Assembly: GCA_964560875.1 (NCBI GenBank)
Contig: CAZLMW010000025.1
Coordinates: forward strand, 812 to 64,811
Direction of reading: 5' to 3'
Length of the DNA: 64,000 nt
From: an uncultured Enterobacteriaceae bacterium
GTDB taxonomy: Bacteria; Myxococcota_A; UBA9042
Shown here: positions 1 to 9,263 of the stretch, one piece after another
Numbering within the stretch: the stretch's first letter is position 1
How the letters are laid out: each line of letters starts with the position of its first letter
Made by a program: the position numbers and the translations under genes
Notes under the pieces: model-generated
What the model saw: only the letters and a program-made list of their open reading frames with translations
What the model was told of the DNA's origin: nothing
Databases searched by the model: none

Positions 1-1089
1 CGGCGCGGTGGGATCGACGGCCGCCTTGGGCGCGAGCGAGGCGCAGAGCTCTTCGGTCATGCCGAGGGAGGCGGTCGTGTGCGGGATTCCAATGGCCTTG
101 CGCAAGCGCAGGATCTCAGACAAGAACGCGTCGAAGTCGCCGCCGGGTAGACCCAAGTAGCGCGAAAGAGCTGCGATGCGATCCTTGATGACGTCGCGGT
201 TGAACGCGAGCACGTAGGGCATCACGACCGCGTTGGTCAGGCCGTGGTGGGCGTCGAGCGCGGCGCCGATCGGGTGGCTCATAGAGTGCATCGCGCCAAG
301 GCCCTTCTGGAAAGCGGTCGCGCCCATTGTCGAGGCGGCCATCATCATGCTGCGCGCCTCGATATCGCCGCCGTCCGCCACAGCCCTTTCAAGCGCCGAG
401 AGGCAGAGACGGATGCCTTCGAGCGCGATGCCGTCGGCCATCGGGTGGAAACCGGGTGCGCAGTACGCTTCGAGGTTGTGCGAGAGCGCGTCCATGCCCA
501 CCGCGGCGGTGATGTGGGCCGGCAGTCCGACGGTCAGTTCCGGGTCGTCGATCACCTTCGCGGGCAGCATCTTCGGGTGGAAGATCACGATCTTGCGCTT
601 GGCGTCTTCGTCGACGATGACCGAGCAGCGTCCAACTTCCGAGCCGGTGCCGGACGTGGTCGGTACACCAACGATGGGCGCGATCTTATCGGGGTCAGCG
701 CGCAGCCAGTTGTCGCCGGCGTCCTCGAAATCCCAGAGCGGTCGATCGTGGCCGGCCATCAGCGCGACCGCCTTGGCTACGTCGAGCGCGCTGCCGCCAC
801 CAAAGGCGATGACCCCGTCGCAGCCCGCGGCTTTGTATGCGGCCACACCGTCATCGACGTTCTTGCCGACCGGGTTGGGTTTGATGTCCGAAAACACCGC
901 GATATCCAAGCCCACGTCGCGACAAACGGCCACGGCGGTGTCGGTTATCGGCAGCTTCGCGAGGCCCGGATCGGTGACCAACAGCGGCGCCGCCATGCCC
1001 AGCTCTTTGCACGCGTCGGCCAGCTCGGAGATACGGCCGGGGCCAAAGCGGATCGGGGTCGGGAAGTTGTAGTTGCAGGTGTAGCTCAT
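1..1089 (-). CDS. Iron-containing alcohol dehydrogenase (3' end runs off the window; not in the ORF track)
   Basis: Manual translation from the ATG at 1089 gives MSYTCNYNFPTPIRFGPGRISEL...GVIAFGGGSALDVAKAVAL...PTTSGTGSEVGR, which are Fe-ADH signature motifs. Confidence 0.92.
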   Translation of the reverse strand, partial: MSYTCNYNFPTPIRFGPGRISELADACKELGMAAPLLVTDPGLAKLPITDTAVAVCRDVGLDIAVFSDIKPNPVGKNVDDGVAAYKAAGCDGVIAFGGGSALDVAKAVALMAGHDRPLWDFEDAGDNWLRADPDKIAPIVGVPTTSGTGSEVGRCSVIVDEDAKRKIVIFHPKMLPAKVIDDPELTVGLPAHITAAVGMDALSHNLEAYCAPGFHPMADGIALEGIRLCLSALERAVADGGDIEARSMMMAASTMGATAFQKGLGAMHSMSHPIGAALDAHHGLTNAVVMPYVLAFNRDVIKDRIAALSRYLGLPGGDFDAFLSEILRLRKAIGIPHTTASLGMTEELCASLAPKAAVDPTAP

Positions 1090-1145
1090 CGAAGTTTTCC
1101 ACTCTGATGGGTTCGTATTCGAGGCGGATGGCGCCGTTGCTGGGC

Positions 1146-2540
1146 CTAACTTGAAATACGGAAGTGAAAGCTCTTGGGGCGCGTGAGGTGTTCGTAGCCG
1201 ACGCGCGAAAGGGTGCACCCGCGGCCCGAATCCTTGACTCCGACCCAGGCGAGCGCGGGATCGAGGTAGTCGCAGCGGTTGAAGAAGACGGTGCCTGTCT
1301 CGAGCTTGTCGGCGATGGCCATCGCGGCGTCGGCGTCTTTGCCCCAGATCGAAGCGGTCAGCCCATAGTGCGAGTCATTCATCAGCGCGATCGCTTCGGC
1401 GTCGCCCTTGACCTTCATGATCCCGACCACGGGGCCGAACGTCTCCTCCGTCATCACGTCCATGCTGTGGTCGACGTCGACCAGGATCTGCGGCCCGAGG
1501 TAGGGCGAGCCGTCCTTTTCGGCGTCAAATGTGCCGGCCGGGATGAGCGGTTTGGCCCCGGCTGCAACGGCGTCCGCGATGTGTTTGCGTACCGAGTCGG
1601 CGTTGCGGGTGCGCACCATGGGGCCGATGGTCGTCTCTTCGTCGCGGGGATCGCCGAGCACGTAGCCCTTCGTGACCTCAGCGGCCTTCGCGATGAAGGC
1701 GTCGTAGTGCGATTCGTGCACGTAGATGCGCTCGATTCCGCAGCAGGACTGTCCGGAGTTGAAAAACGCCCCGTCCACGAGGTTTTCAGCGGCGTGCTCG
1801 GGGTCCGCATCGGCCCGAACGTACGCGGGATCTTTACCGCCCAACTCCAGCCCGACCGCCACGAATCGGCCCGCGGTGGCGGCGTGAACCGCCTTGCCGC
1901 CCTCGACCGAACCGGTGAAGCAGATGTGGTCGACGCGCGCGTCCTTGACGGCATCGGCGACGAGGTCGTGCGTCATGTGCAGGTATTGGAAGACGCCGTC
2001 GGGCAAACCGGCTTCAGCGAGGCATTCGGCGTAGCGTTCGGCCACCAGCGGCGTCTGGTCGGCGTGCTTGAGGATGACCGCGTTGCCGGCGAGGAGGGCG
2101 GGCACGACCGCGTTGACGCTGGTCAGCCAGGGGTAGTTCCAGGGCGCGAGGACGAGCACGACACCCAATGGCTCACGTCGCACGAAGCGCGTGAACCCCT
2201 CTTTCTCTTCGGCGGGTACGTCGGCGAGGGCGTCGCGGGCGATGTGTTTCATGTGCCGGGCGCGCTGGCGGAATCCGAGCAATTCGCCGGCGGCGTAGCG
2301 GGTTGGGCGGCCCATCTGCGCGGTGATCTCGGCAGCGAGCTCGTCCTTGCGCGCCATCACGGCCTCGATCAGCCGCTCCACGATCGCGATTCGGTCGTCC
2401 AGGGAGACGTCGCGCCACGCTTTTTGGGCGTCGACCGCCTTGGTGAGCGCCGCGTCGAGTTGATTCGGGGTGGCGTAGGTGCGCTCGCAAACAACCGAAC
2501 CGTCGGCGGGCGAGATGGTGACAAATCCTGTGGTGCTCAT
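1146..2540 (-). CDS. NAD(P)-dependent aldehyde dehydrogenase
   Basis: Motifs PWNYP, FTGSVEGG, LELGGKDP (catalytic Glu), NSGQSCCG (catalytic Cys) and EETFGP. Confidence 0.95.
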   Translation of the reverse strand: MSTTGFVTISPADGSVVCERTYATPNQLDAALTKAVDAQKAWRDVSLDDRIAIVERLIEAVMARKDELAAEITAQMGRPTRYAAGELLGFRQRARHMKHIARDALADVPAEEKEGFTRFVRREPLGVVLVLAPWNYPWLTSVNAVVPALLAGNAVILKHADQTPLVAERYAECLAEAGLPDGVFQYLHMTHDLVADAVKDARVDHICFTGSVEGGKAVHAATAGRFVAVGLELGGKDPAYVRADADPEHAAENLVDGAFFNSGQSCCGIERIYVHESHYDAFIAKAAEVTKGYVLGDPRDEETTIGPMVRTRNADSVRKHIADAVAAGAKPLIPAGTFDAEKDGSPYLGPQILVDVDHSMDVMTEETFGPVVGIMKVKGDAEAIALMNDSHYGLTASIWGKDADAAMAIADKLETGTVFFNRCDYLDPALAWVGVKDSGRGCTLSRVGYEHLTRPKSFHFRISS

Positions 2541-2670
2541 CGATCCCTCCGCATCACCGCGCCCGGTTATGGGTTGGAGGCGGGTGGCGGCGGAATCTGC
2601 GCCCAGCGGCGCGAAAATGGCAAGCCCGATCAGGCGTTTTGACGCGGAGTTTCTTCACACGAATCACCCA

Positions 2671-4032
2671 TCAGATGATCTCGAAGTAGCGCTTCAGCTC
2701 CCAATCGCTGACGTGCTTGCGGAACTCGCGCGCTTCCCACTCGCGGGTGGCGGCGAAGTGGTCGATGAACGCATCACCGAAAAGGGCGCGGGCAGCGTCG
2801 CTGGCCTTGAGTCGTCGCGCTGCGTCCCAAAGAGTGCGCGGCAAAGCCTGGTGGGCCGGGTGTCCGCCGTCGTACGCGTTGCCGACGACCATGGGATCGG
2901 GTTCGAGCTTATTTTCGATACCCCACAGCCCCGAACCGAGCGCAGCGGCGAGCCCAAGGTAGGGATTGCCGTCGGCGGCTGCGACCCGGTACTCGACGCG
3001 CTGTGAACTCGGACTGCCCCCGATCACGCGCAATGCGCAGGTGCGATTCTCAACGCCCCAGGTCGCGTCGGTCGGCGCCCAGAACCCGGGAACCAGCCGG
3101 CGATAGGAGTTGACTGTAGGCGCGACCATCGCGAGCAGCTCGGGCATCAGCGCCTGCTGGCCAGCAAGGAAGTGCCGCATCGTGTCCGACATGCCGTGAT
3201 CGGCCGCGTCGTCGTGGAACACACTCTTGCCATCGCCGTCGACCAGCGACATGTGGATATGGCCACTCTGACCGGGGTAATCGGTCGACCAGCGCGCCAT
3301 GAAGGTCGCCATCAGGTCGTTTTTCTGCGCGACGATCTTGGTGAACGTCTTGAACAGCGCCGCCTTGTCCGCCGCTGACACGACATCGCCGACGGTGATC
3401 GCCGCCTCCAGCACGCCGGGTCCGGTTTCGGTGTGCAGGCCCTCGATGGGGATGTCCATCGCCTCCATCACGCCGAGCAGCTGGTGATAAAAGCCTGCGT
3501 GCACGGAGTTTCGCAGCACCGAGTAGCCGAAGTTGCCGGGGGTCCACGGCTCCAGGTCGCGCCAGCCCTTCTGTTCGGCGCTGCGGGGCGTCTCGTTGAA
3601 GAGGAAGAACTCGTACTCGCAGGCCGCGTTGCAGGCATACCCGTGCCCGGCCGCGCGCTCGACGACCCGGCGCAACGTTGCGCGTGGACAAACGGCTTCG
3701 GCCCCCTCGGCGAACTCCCCGAGGAACAGCAGCATGTCGCCCTCGTAAGGAAGCTCACGGCATGAGTCGGGAAGCATCCGCACAGGCGCGTCGGGGTAGC
3801 CGGTGTGCCAGCCGGTGTACGTGACGTTGTCATAGAGCTGGTCGTCGCTGTCCCACCCGAGCACGACGTCGCAAAAGCCAAATCCCTTGTCGAGGGCGGC
3901 GGCGAACTTGGCCGCGGACATGTATTTGCCCCGCAGAATCCCGTCGATGTCGAAGACGCCGACTTTGACGTGGGAGAGCTCGCGGTCGTTGATCAGGCGC
4001 AGCGCATCGGCGGCGCTCAGTTGCGTGGTCAT
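2671..4032 (-). CDS. Glutamine synthetase-like protein, probable gamma-glutamyl-amine synthetase (PuuA/GlnA4 type)
   Basis: GS catalytic motifs EYEF, HTETGPG.LE, GQSGHIHMS and RVEYR. The flap reads GFWAP rather than the GYEAP of true GS. It lies directly upstream of the ALDH and Fe-ADH genes. Confidence 0.92.
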   Translation of the reverse strand: MTTQLSAADALRLINDRELSHVKVGVFDIDGILRGKYMSAAKFAAALDKGFGFCDVVLGWDSDDQLYDNVTYTGWHTGYPDAPVRMLPDSCRELPYEGDMLLFLGEFAEGAEAVCPRATLRRVVERAAGHGYACNAACEYEFFLFNETPRSAEQKGWRDLEPWTPGNFGYSVLRNSVHAGFYHQLLGVMEAMDIPIEGLHTETGPGVLEAAITVGDVVSAADKAALFKTFTKIVAQKNDLMATFMARWSTDYPGQSGHIHMSLVDGDGKSVFHDDAADHGMSDTMRHFLAGQQALMPELLAMVAPTVNSYRRLVPGFWAPTDATWGVENRTCALRVIGGSPSSQRVEYRVAAADGNPYLGLAAALGSGLWGIENKLEPDPMVVGNAYDGGHPAHQALPRTLWDAARRLKASDAARALFGDAFIDHFAATREWEAREFRKHVSDWELKRYFEII

Positions 4033-4071
4033 GGCTGTCTCCGTGGTTGCGTTGGGGCGCGGTGGCGGCCG

Positions 4072-5526
4072 TCAAAAGCCAAACAGGCTCTTCATCTTGC
4101 CGAGGATTTGCAGCGCCAGGGTCGCGGTCTCGCCGACATCGGGGTCGGTCTCGTTCAACTCACGTTTGCGGCGGTCGTTGCGGACCTTCCGTTCGGCGAC
4201 TTTTTCGGTGATCGCGGCGGCCAATTGGGGCCGGTTTCCGAGCAGCGGCTGCAGGTCTTTCTTGCGCACCTCGAACATGACGACTTCGGTGGCAGCGCGC
4301 ACGGTCGCCGATCGTGGCTCCCCGGTCAGCAGGCTCATTTCCCCGAAGAACTGGCCGGGCGCGATGCGACCAACTTCGAACTCCGCGCCCTCGATGATCG
4401 CGAACACCTCGAGCAGCCCCTCGACGAGGATGTACATCGAGTCGCCCTGCTCACCCGCCACGACAATGTCCTTTCCGCGCGCCGTCTTGCGCACCTTGAG
4501 GCTCGACGTGAGGGTCTCCAACTCATCGGGTTCCAGCACCGAAAAGAGGTCGACGCGGTGCACGATTTCCTTGCGGTCGTCCGACACGTCGAGCTGCCGG
4601 TTGGGCATCTGCGCCGTGTAGATATCGTGTTTTTCGTAGGCCAGCGTCAGGCCGGCGCGGTGCAGCTGATCGAGCACCGCGGATGCGACGCGATGACGGC
4701 CCTTGGACGGCGATGTGTCGGCCGGGAGCAGCCAGTAGCGGATCTCGTATTCGACCCCGTAGCGGTTTGTGCCGTTGACGCGGACCTTCGGCGGCGGGTC
4801 CTTGAGCACGCCATTCGCGCTGCGCACACCCGCCTCGAGAATACGCATGGCGCGATCGGCCGGAACGCCGAAGTCGAGGCAGAAATAGAGGGAAAAACGG
4901 CTGCGCGGTGTCGGGTTGGTCAGGTTGGTGACGAGGTCCCGCGCGATCCAGCCGTTGGGCACGATGACCATCGTCCCGTCGACGCATCGCAAACGTGTGC
5001 TGCGCCAGTTGGTTTCGACGACCTCGCCGATGATGTGCTCGCGAGCGCGGTTGTGCAGGCGCACCCAGTCGCCGATGACAAAGGGCCGATCGATGTTGAG
5101 CGCGATGCCCGAAAACACGTCGGCGATCATCGATTGAAGCGCGAAGCCGATGACCAGCCCGACGACGCCCGAAGTGGCCCACAACCCGGTCACATCGAGC
5201 CCGAAGACGATGCCCAGGATGCCGGAGATCGCGACCAGGAAGATGATCGTGGCGACCACATCCTTGAGCAGCCGCGGGACTTTGCCGCCGAGACGCCGTC
5301 CGACGATTCCCTGCCAAACCACGACGTCGACGAGCCGGACGATGAACCACGCGATCGCCAGCCAGAGCGCCGAGCTGAGCAACAGGCGCAACACATCGAT
5401 GCTTTGATCGACAAAAGAGCCGCTGACGTCGGCGATCAGGTCGTCCCACATGACAGCGGGCACAACGAGAACGAGCAAAAGGAAAACCGGCCACTTCAAG
5501 TGGGCGAGTCGACTGGGTTGGGCCAT
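4072..5526 (-). CDS. MscS-family mechanosensitive channel with C-terminal cyclic-nucleotide-binding domain (bCNG-like)
   Basis: N-terminal TM helices, GLVIGFALQ..IADVFSGI and PFVIGDWV (MscS core), and a C-terminal FFGEMSLLTGEPRSATV phosphate-binding cassette. Confidence 0.92.
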   Translation of the reverse strand: MAQPSRLAHLKWPVFLLLVLVVPAVMWDDLIADVSGSFVDQSIDVLRLLLSSALWLAIAWFIVRLVDVVVWQGIVGRRLGGKVPRLLKDVVATIIFLVAISGILGIVFGLDVTGLWATSGVVGLVIGFALQSMIADVFSGIALNIDRPFVIGDWVRLHNRAREHIIGEVVETNWRSTRLRCVDGTMVIVPNGWIARDLVTNLTNPTPRSRFSLYFCLDFGVPADRAMRILEAGVRSANGVLKDPPPKVRVNGTNRYGVEYEIRYWLLPADTSPSKGRHRVASAVLDQLHRAGLTLAYEKHDIYTAQMPNRQLDVSDDRKEIVHRVDLFSVLEPDELETLTSSLKVRKTARGKDIVVAGEQGDSMYILVEGLLEVFAIIEGAEFEVGRIAPGQFFGEMSLLTGEPRSATVRAATEVVMFEVRKKDLQPLLGNRPQLAAAITEKVAERKVRNDRRKRELNETDPDVGETATLALQILGKMKSLFGF

Positions 5527-5589
5527 CTCGGGGTTTTGCTACGCGTCCCGCCAGTTTACAACCACCCCGATGAAAGCTTCGGGTCCCTC

Positions 5590-6720
5590 ATGAAAGCTTC
5601 GGCCAACGGCGCCGCACAATCCGCCTCGAGTTCGGCCGCCCATTCGTTGGCGTCGTCGCTGCCGGTGTCCTTGCAGGCGACACGGCACGAGTCCGTCGCG
5701 TTTGTCCGCGAGGCGTGGCACATCGTCTGCACCTCACGCGAGCTCCGATCCAAGCCGATCGCCGCCAAGCTGTTCGGAATGCCGCTGTGCGTGTTCCGCG
5801 ACGCCAATGGCAGCGCTGGTGTGTTGTTGGATCGTTGCCCGCATCGCAACGTGCCGCTCACCGAGGGCCGTGTCGTCGACGGCGATCTCGAGTGCGCCTA
5901 TCACGGTTGGCGCTTTCAAAAGGACGGCGCGTGCACCCGTGTTCCCGGGCTTTGTCGCAAGATGGAGGGCGCCGGTCGCAACGCCCCCGCTTTCGCCGCC
6001 CGCGAGCAAGACGGCTTCGTATGGGCGTGGGGACAGCCGGGCGCCGAACCAACGTCCGAGCCGTACCGATTCCCCGCGCTGAACGACCCCGGCTACACGA
6101 CGGTCCGTCGCATGGTCGACTTTCCCGGCAGCCTCCACGCCACCGCCGAAAACGCGCTCGACGTCCCGCACACCGCGTTCTTGCATCGCGGCCTCTTTCG
6201 CGGAACCGGCAAGACCAACGAGATCACGGCCATCGTGACGCGCGACAAGGCCAGCGCGCAGGCCGAGTACGTCGGTGAACCTCGCCCCGAAGGCCTCGCT
6301 GCCCGCATCCTCTCCCCCGGCGGCGGCGTCGTCGTGCACTACGATCGTTTCCTGCTGCCCGGCGTCGCCCAGGTCGAATACAAGCTCGGCGCCGACACGC
6401 ATTTCCTCGTCACCACCGTGTGCACACCGCTCGAACCGTTCGTGACCCGGGCCTACGCAGTCATCAGCTTCCGCCTGCGCATCCCCGGGTGGCTGATCAA
6501 GCCGTTCCTCGCTCCGGTCGCGATGAGCATCTTCAAACAGGACGCGCGAATCCTCGCCAAACAGACCCAACAGATTCAGCGGTTTGGTGGCGAGAGCTTT
6601 GTTTCCACCGAGGTCGACATCCTCGGCAGCCAGATCTGGCGGCTGCTCAAGCGGGCCGCGGACGGACGACTCGAAGACGACAAGCAGCCCTGGCGGAAGG
6701 AAATTCGGCTCCGGGTTTGA
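5590..6720 (+). CDS. Rieske [2Fe-2S] non-heme iron oxygenase alpha subunit (VanA/KshA-like)
   Basis: CPHR...CAYHGW Rieske motif and ENALDVPHTAFLH mononuclear Fe motif. Start set at ATG 5590 because the upstream part of ORF 3805..6720 is antisense to the MscS gene. Confidence 0.92.
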   Translation: MKASANGAAQSASSSAAHSLASSLPVSLQATRHESVAFVREAWHIVCTSRELRSKPIAAKLFGMPLCVFRDANGSAGVLLDRCPHRNVPLTEGRVVDGDLECAYHGWRFQKDGACTRVPGLCRKMEGAGRNAPAFAAREQDGFVWAWGQPGAEPTSEPYRFPALNDPGYTTVRRMVDFPGSLHATAENALDVPHTAFLHRGLFRGTGKTNEITAIVTRDKASAQAEYVGEPRPEGLAARILSPGGGVVVHYDRFLLPGVAQVEYKLGADTHFLVTTVCTPLEPFVTRAYAVISFRLRIPGWLIKPFLAPVAMSIFKQDARILAKQTQQIQRFGGESFVSTEVDILGSQIWRLLKRAADGRLEDDKQPWRKEIRLRV

Positions 6721-8039
6721 AGCAACTGTCGTCTCGCTATCGCCAAATCGTGGCCCTGGGGCTGCCCGTCATTGGCGGGATGGTGTCCCAGAATGTGCTC
6801 AACATCGTCGACACCGCGATGGTCGGATGGCTCGGCGATGAAGCGCTGGCCGCGGTCGGCACCGGCAGCTTCGTCAATTTCATGGCCGTCGCCTTCGTCT
6901 TGGGGCTGTCCGCCGGTGTCCAGGCTGTCGTCGCCCGCCGGGTCGGTGAAGGTCGGCAAGACGAGGTCGGTGGTGCGCTCAACGCCGCCCTGCTCGTCGC
7001 CGTCGGTTGCGGGTTGCCGATCATGGCCGTGGTTTGGGCCGTTTCTGAGCCCGTCTTCGAGCTGCTGAATCCGGACGCCCACGTCGTCGAATTGGGGGTG
7101 CCCTATCTGCGCCTTCGCCTGTGTGCGGCGGCCTTTGTCGGCATGAATTTCGCGTTCCGTGGCTACTGGAATGGCATCAACCGGCCGAGCGTGTACATGC
7201 GCACCTTGATCGCGATGCACGTCGTCAACATCACCCTCAATTGGGTGTTCATCTACGGCCACCTTGGCGCACCGGCGATGGGGAGTTCGGGTGCGGCGCT
7301 GGCATCAGCGATCGCGGTGACGTGCGGCACGATCTTGTATTTCGCGCAGGCATGGAAGCTGGCCCCCGGGTTCCTGACGCAGCGGCCGAGCGCCGACGAA
7401 TTCATGACGATCGCGCGACTGAGCGCCCCCAACGGCCTGCAGCAGCTGCTCTTCGCGACCGGATTCACGGTGCTTTTCGGCATCATTGGGCGGGTCGGTA
7501 CGGACGCGACGGCCGCCGCGAATGTGCTCATCAACCTGATGCTTGTTTGCATTCTGCCAGGCCTCGCGCTCGGGATCGCGGGTGCATCGTTGGTCGGCCA
7601 GGCGCTCGGTCGCGGCGATGCGGACGACGCGCGGCAATGGGGATGGGACGTCGTCAAAGTCGGCATGCTGGCGATGGGTCTGGCCGGCCTGCCGATGCTC
7701 CTGTGCCCCGAATTCGTGCTGCAGTTCTTCCTGCACGGGCGCGATTCCATCGAGGTGGCGCGCATTCCGCTGCAGCTGATCGGCGCCTCGGTCGCGCTCG
7801 ATGCGGTCGGCATGGTCCTGATGAATTGCCTGGCAGGCGCGGGCGCGACCCGGACGACCGCGGCCATTGTCGTGGGATTCCAATGGCTTCTGTTCCTGCC
7901 GGCCGCCTACGTCGTCGGTCCGGTGTTGGGCTACGGACTGCTCGGGATTTGGATCGCGCAGGTGACCTACAGGTTGCTCCAGGCATCGGTCTTCGCTGTG
8001 GTCTGGCAGCGCGGCAGTTGGCGCAACGTGCACGTATGA
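6717..8039 (+). CDS. MATE family efflux transporter
   Basis: About 12 TM segments and the motifs IVDTAMVGWLG..ALAAVG, NITLNWVFIYGHLGAPAMG..GAA and GQALG. The TTG start overlaps the Rieske stop (TTGA). Confidence 0.92.
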   Translation: MKQLSSRYRQIVALGLPVIGGMVSQNVLNIVDTAMVGWLGDEALAAVGTGSFVNFMAVAFVLGLSAGVQAVVARRVGEGRQDEVGGALNAALLVAVGCGLPIMAVVWAVSEPVFELLNPDAHVVELGVPYLRLRLCAAAFVGMNFAFRGYWNGINRPSVYMRTLIAMHVVNITLNWVFIYGHLGAPAMGSSGAALASAIAVTCGTILYFAQAWKLAPGFLTQRPSADEFMTIARLSAPNGLQQLLFATGFTVLFGIIGRVGTDATAAANVLINLMLVCILPGLALGIAGASLVGQALGRGDADDARQWGWDVVKVGMLAMGLAGLPMLLCPEFVLQFFLHGRDSIEVARIPLQLIGASVALDAVGMVLMNCLAGAGATRTTAAIVVGFQWLLFLPAAYVVGPVLGYGLLGIWIAQVTYRLLQASVFAVVWQRGSWRNVHV

Positions 8040-8114
8040 AACGGCGCGGCTCCCTGGCGCATGGTGGAAGTGGGCTGCGACCCCGGTACCATGCACAGCG
8101 AGAGTTTGCCGGCC

Positions 8115-9263
8115 ATGCGCTACCGAAACACGACAACCTGGAACGCGTTGTTGCGAAGTGTCCTGTTGGGCCGTGTCCTGTTGGGCCGTGTCCTGTTGGG
8201 CCGTGTCCTGTTGGGCCGTGTCCTGCTGGGCCGTGTCCTGCTGGGCCGTGTCCTGCTGGGCAGTGCCCTGTTTGCGTCGTCGGCTTTTGCGGCTGGGCCA
8301 CCGACCGATTCGGCTCCCCACGGCGATGCGTCACGCATTCAGGTTGAGCTGCAGGCGGACGAAGGCGCCAAGTGCCCGACCACCGCCGAGCTTCGCGCCC
8401 AGGTAAACGCCTGCCTCGCCCCCGCGCCGAAGGGCCATATCTGCCCGCGAGCTCACGCCACCGTTCGGGTCCTTCAGTCGGCATCCAGCTTGGACGGCAG
8501 GATCCGCCTTCGCGCGGGCGACAGACAGCTCGGTGAACGCCGCCTTATCGGTCAAAGGAGCTGCAAGCAGGTCGTCGCAGCGGCCGCGCTGGCGATTTGC
8601 ATCGGCCTCGACGCGATGTGCTCGGCCCCGGTCCCGGTAAGCCCCCGACGAATGCAACACGCGCCGCCGCATCGCCAGGATCGCCTCGGCGCCGTCGGCA
8701 CGCTGCCGGCTAGCGCGGGCCCACGCATCGGAATCGCAGTTTTTGGCGCCCGCGGCGCCGCACCGGCTACGTCGGCAGGGCTTGGCTTGTCGATCGCGAC
8801 CGCGACGTGGCCGTGGCGCTTCGCTGCGGAGGCGCGGATCGATGCACCAAGCACGGCGGCGTTCCAGGGCGGAAAGATCGGCGCGTCTCTCGCACTTGGC
8901 GGACTGTCGGTCTGTCGCTCCGTGGCGAGCGTGTCGATTTGCGGCGTCCAGTACGCGGGCTTCAAGCACTTCTTCGGGCTCGGGTTTCCGCGCGAGATCG
9001 AGTCGTGGAACCGCTACTTCGCGTCGTCGCTCCGGGTCTCATGGAACGTGTGGAAGAGCGGCAACACGGGCGCGTCGATGTGGGTCCAGGCGGACGTGCC
9101 ATGGGAAGTGACACCTCACGAGGTGCTGCGCCCGCTCTCGCATGGCGATGCTCCGCAGGCGGGGTGTGAAGCCTTTCCGACAGAGAGCCGCCAAGTGTGC
9201 CAGTGGCGGCCCCCTCGAATCGGCGTGACCGTCGGTCTTGAAATTCATCGAGGTGGGCAGTGA
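8115..9263 (+). CDS. Hypothetical secreted/outer-membrane protein, first gene of an ECF sigma module; signal peptide contains (VLLGR)x7
   Basis: ATG 8115, signal peptide ending in SAFA, paired cysteines and an amphipathic beta-rich C-terminal half. The stop overlaps the sigma factor start (GTGA). Confidence 0.7.
   Translation: MRYRNTTTWNALLRSVLLGRVLLGRVLLGRVLLGRVLLGRVLLGRVLLGSALFASSAFAAGPPTDSAPHGDASRIQVELQADEGAKCPTTAELRAQVNACLAPAPKGHICPRAHATVRVLQSASSLDGRIRLRAGDRQLGERRLIGQRSCKQVVAAAALAICIGLDAMCSAPVPVSPRRMQHAPPHRQDRLGAVGTLPASAGPRIGIAVFGARGAAPATSAGLGLSIATATWPWRFAAEARIDAPSTAAFQGGKIGASLALGGLSVCRSVASVSICGVQYAGFKHFFGLGFPREIESWNRYFASSLRVSWNVWKSGNTGASMWVQADVPWEVTPHEVLRPLSHGDAPQAGCEAFPTESRQVCQWRPPRIGVTVGLEIHRGGQ
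8158..8262. repeat. 15-bp tandem repeat GTGTCCTG(T/C)TGGGCC x7
   Basis: Read directly: 4 copies with T, 3 with C (the last ends in A), then a degenerate partial copy. There are no spacers. Confidence 0.98.

Noticed and set aside
2671-4032. Call as housekeeping glnA
   Set aside because: The flap is GFWAP rather than GYEAP, and the ALDH/Fe-ADH context points to amine glutamylation.
3805-6720. 971-aa ORF as a giant Rieske fusion
   Set aside because: The first 595 codons are the antisense of the MscS and GS genes. Rieske similarity begins only near ATG 5590.
8158-8262. Possible CRISPR array
   Set aside because: The units are 15 bp, abut with no spacers, lie in frame within a CDS, and no cas gene is in the window.
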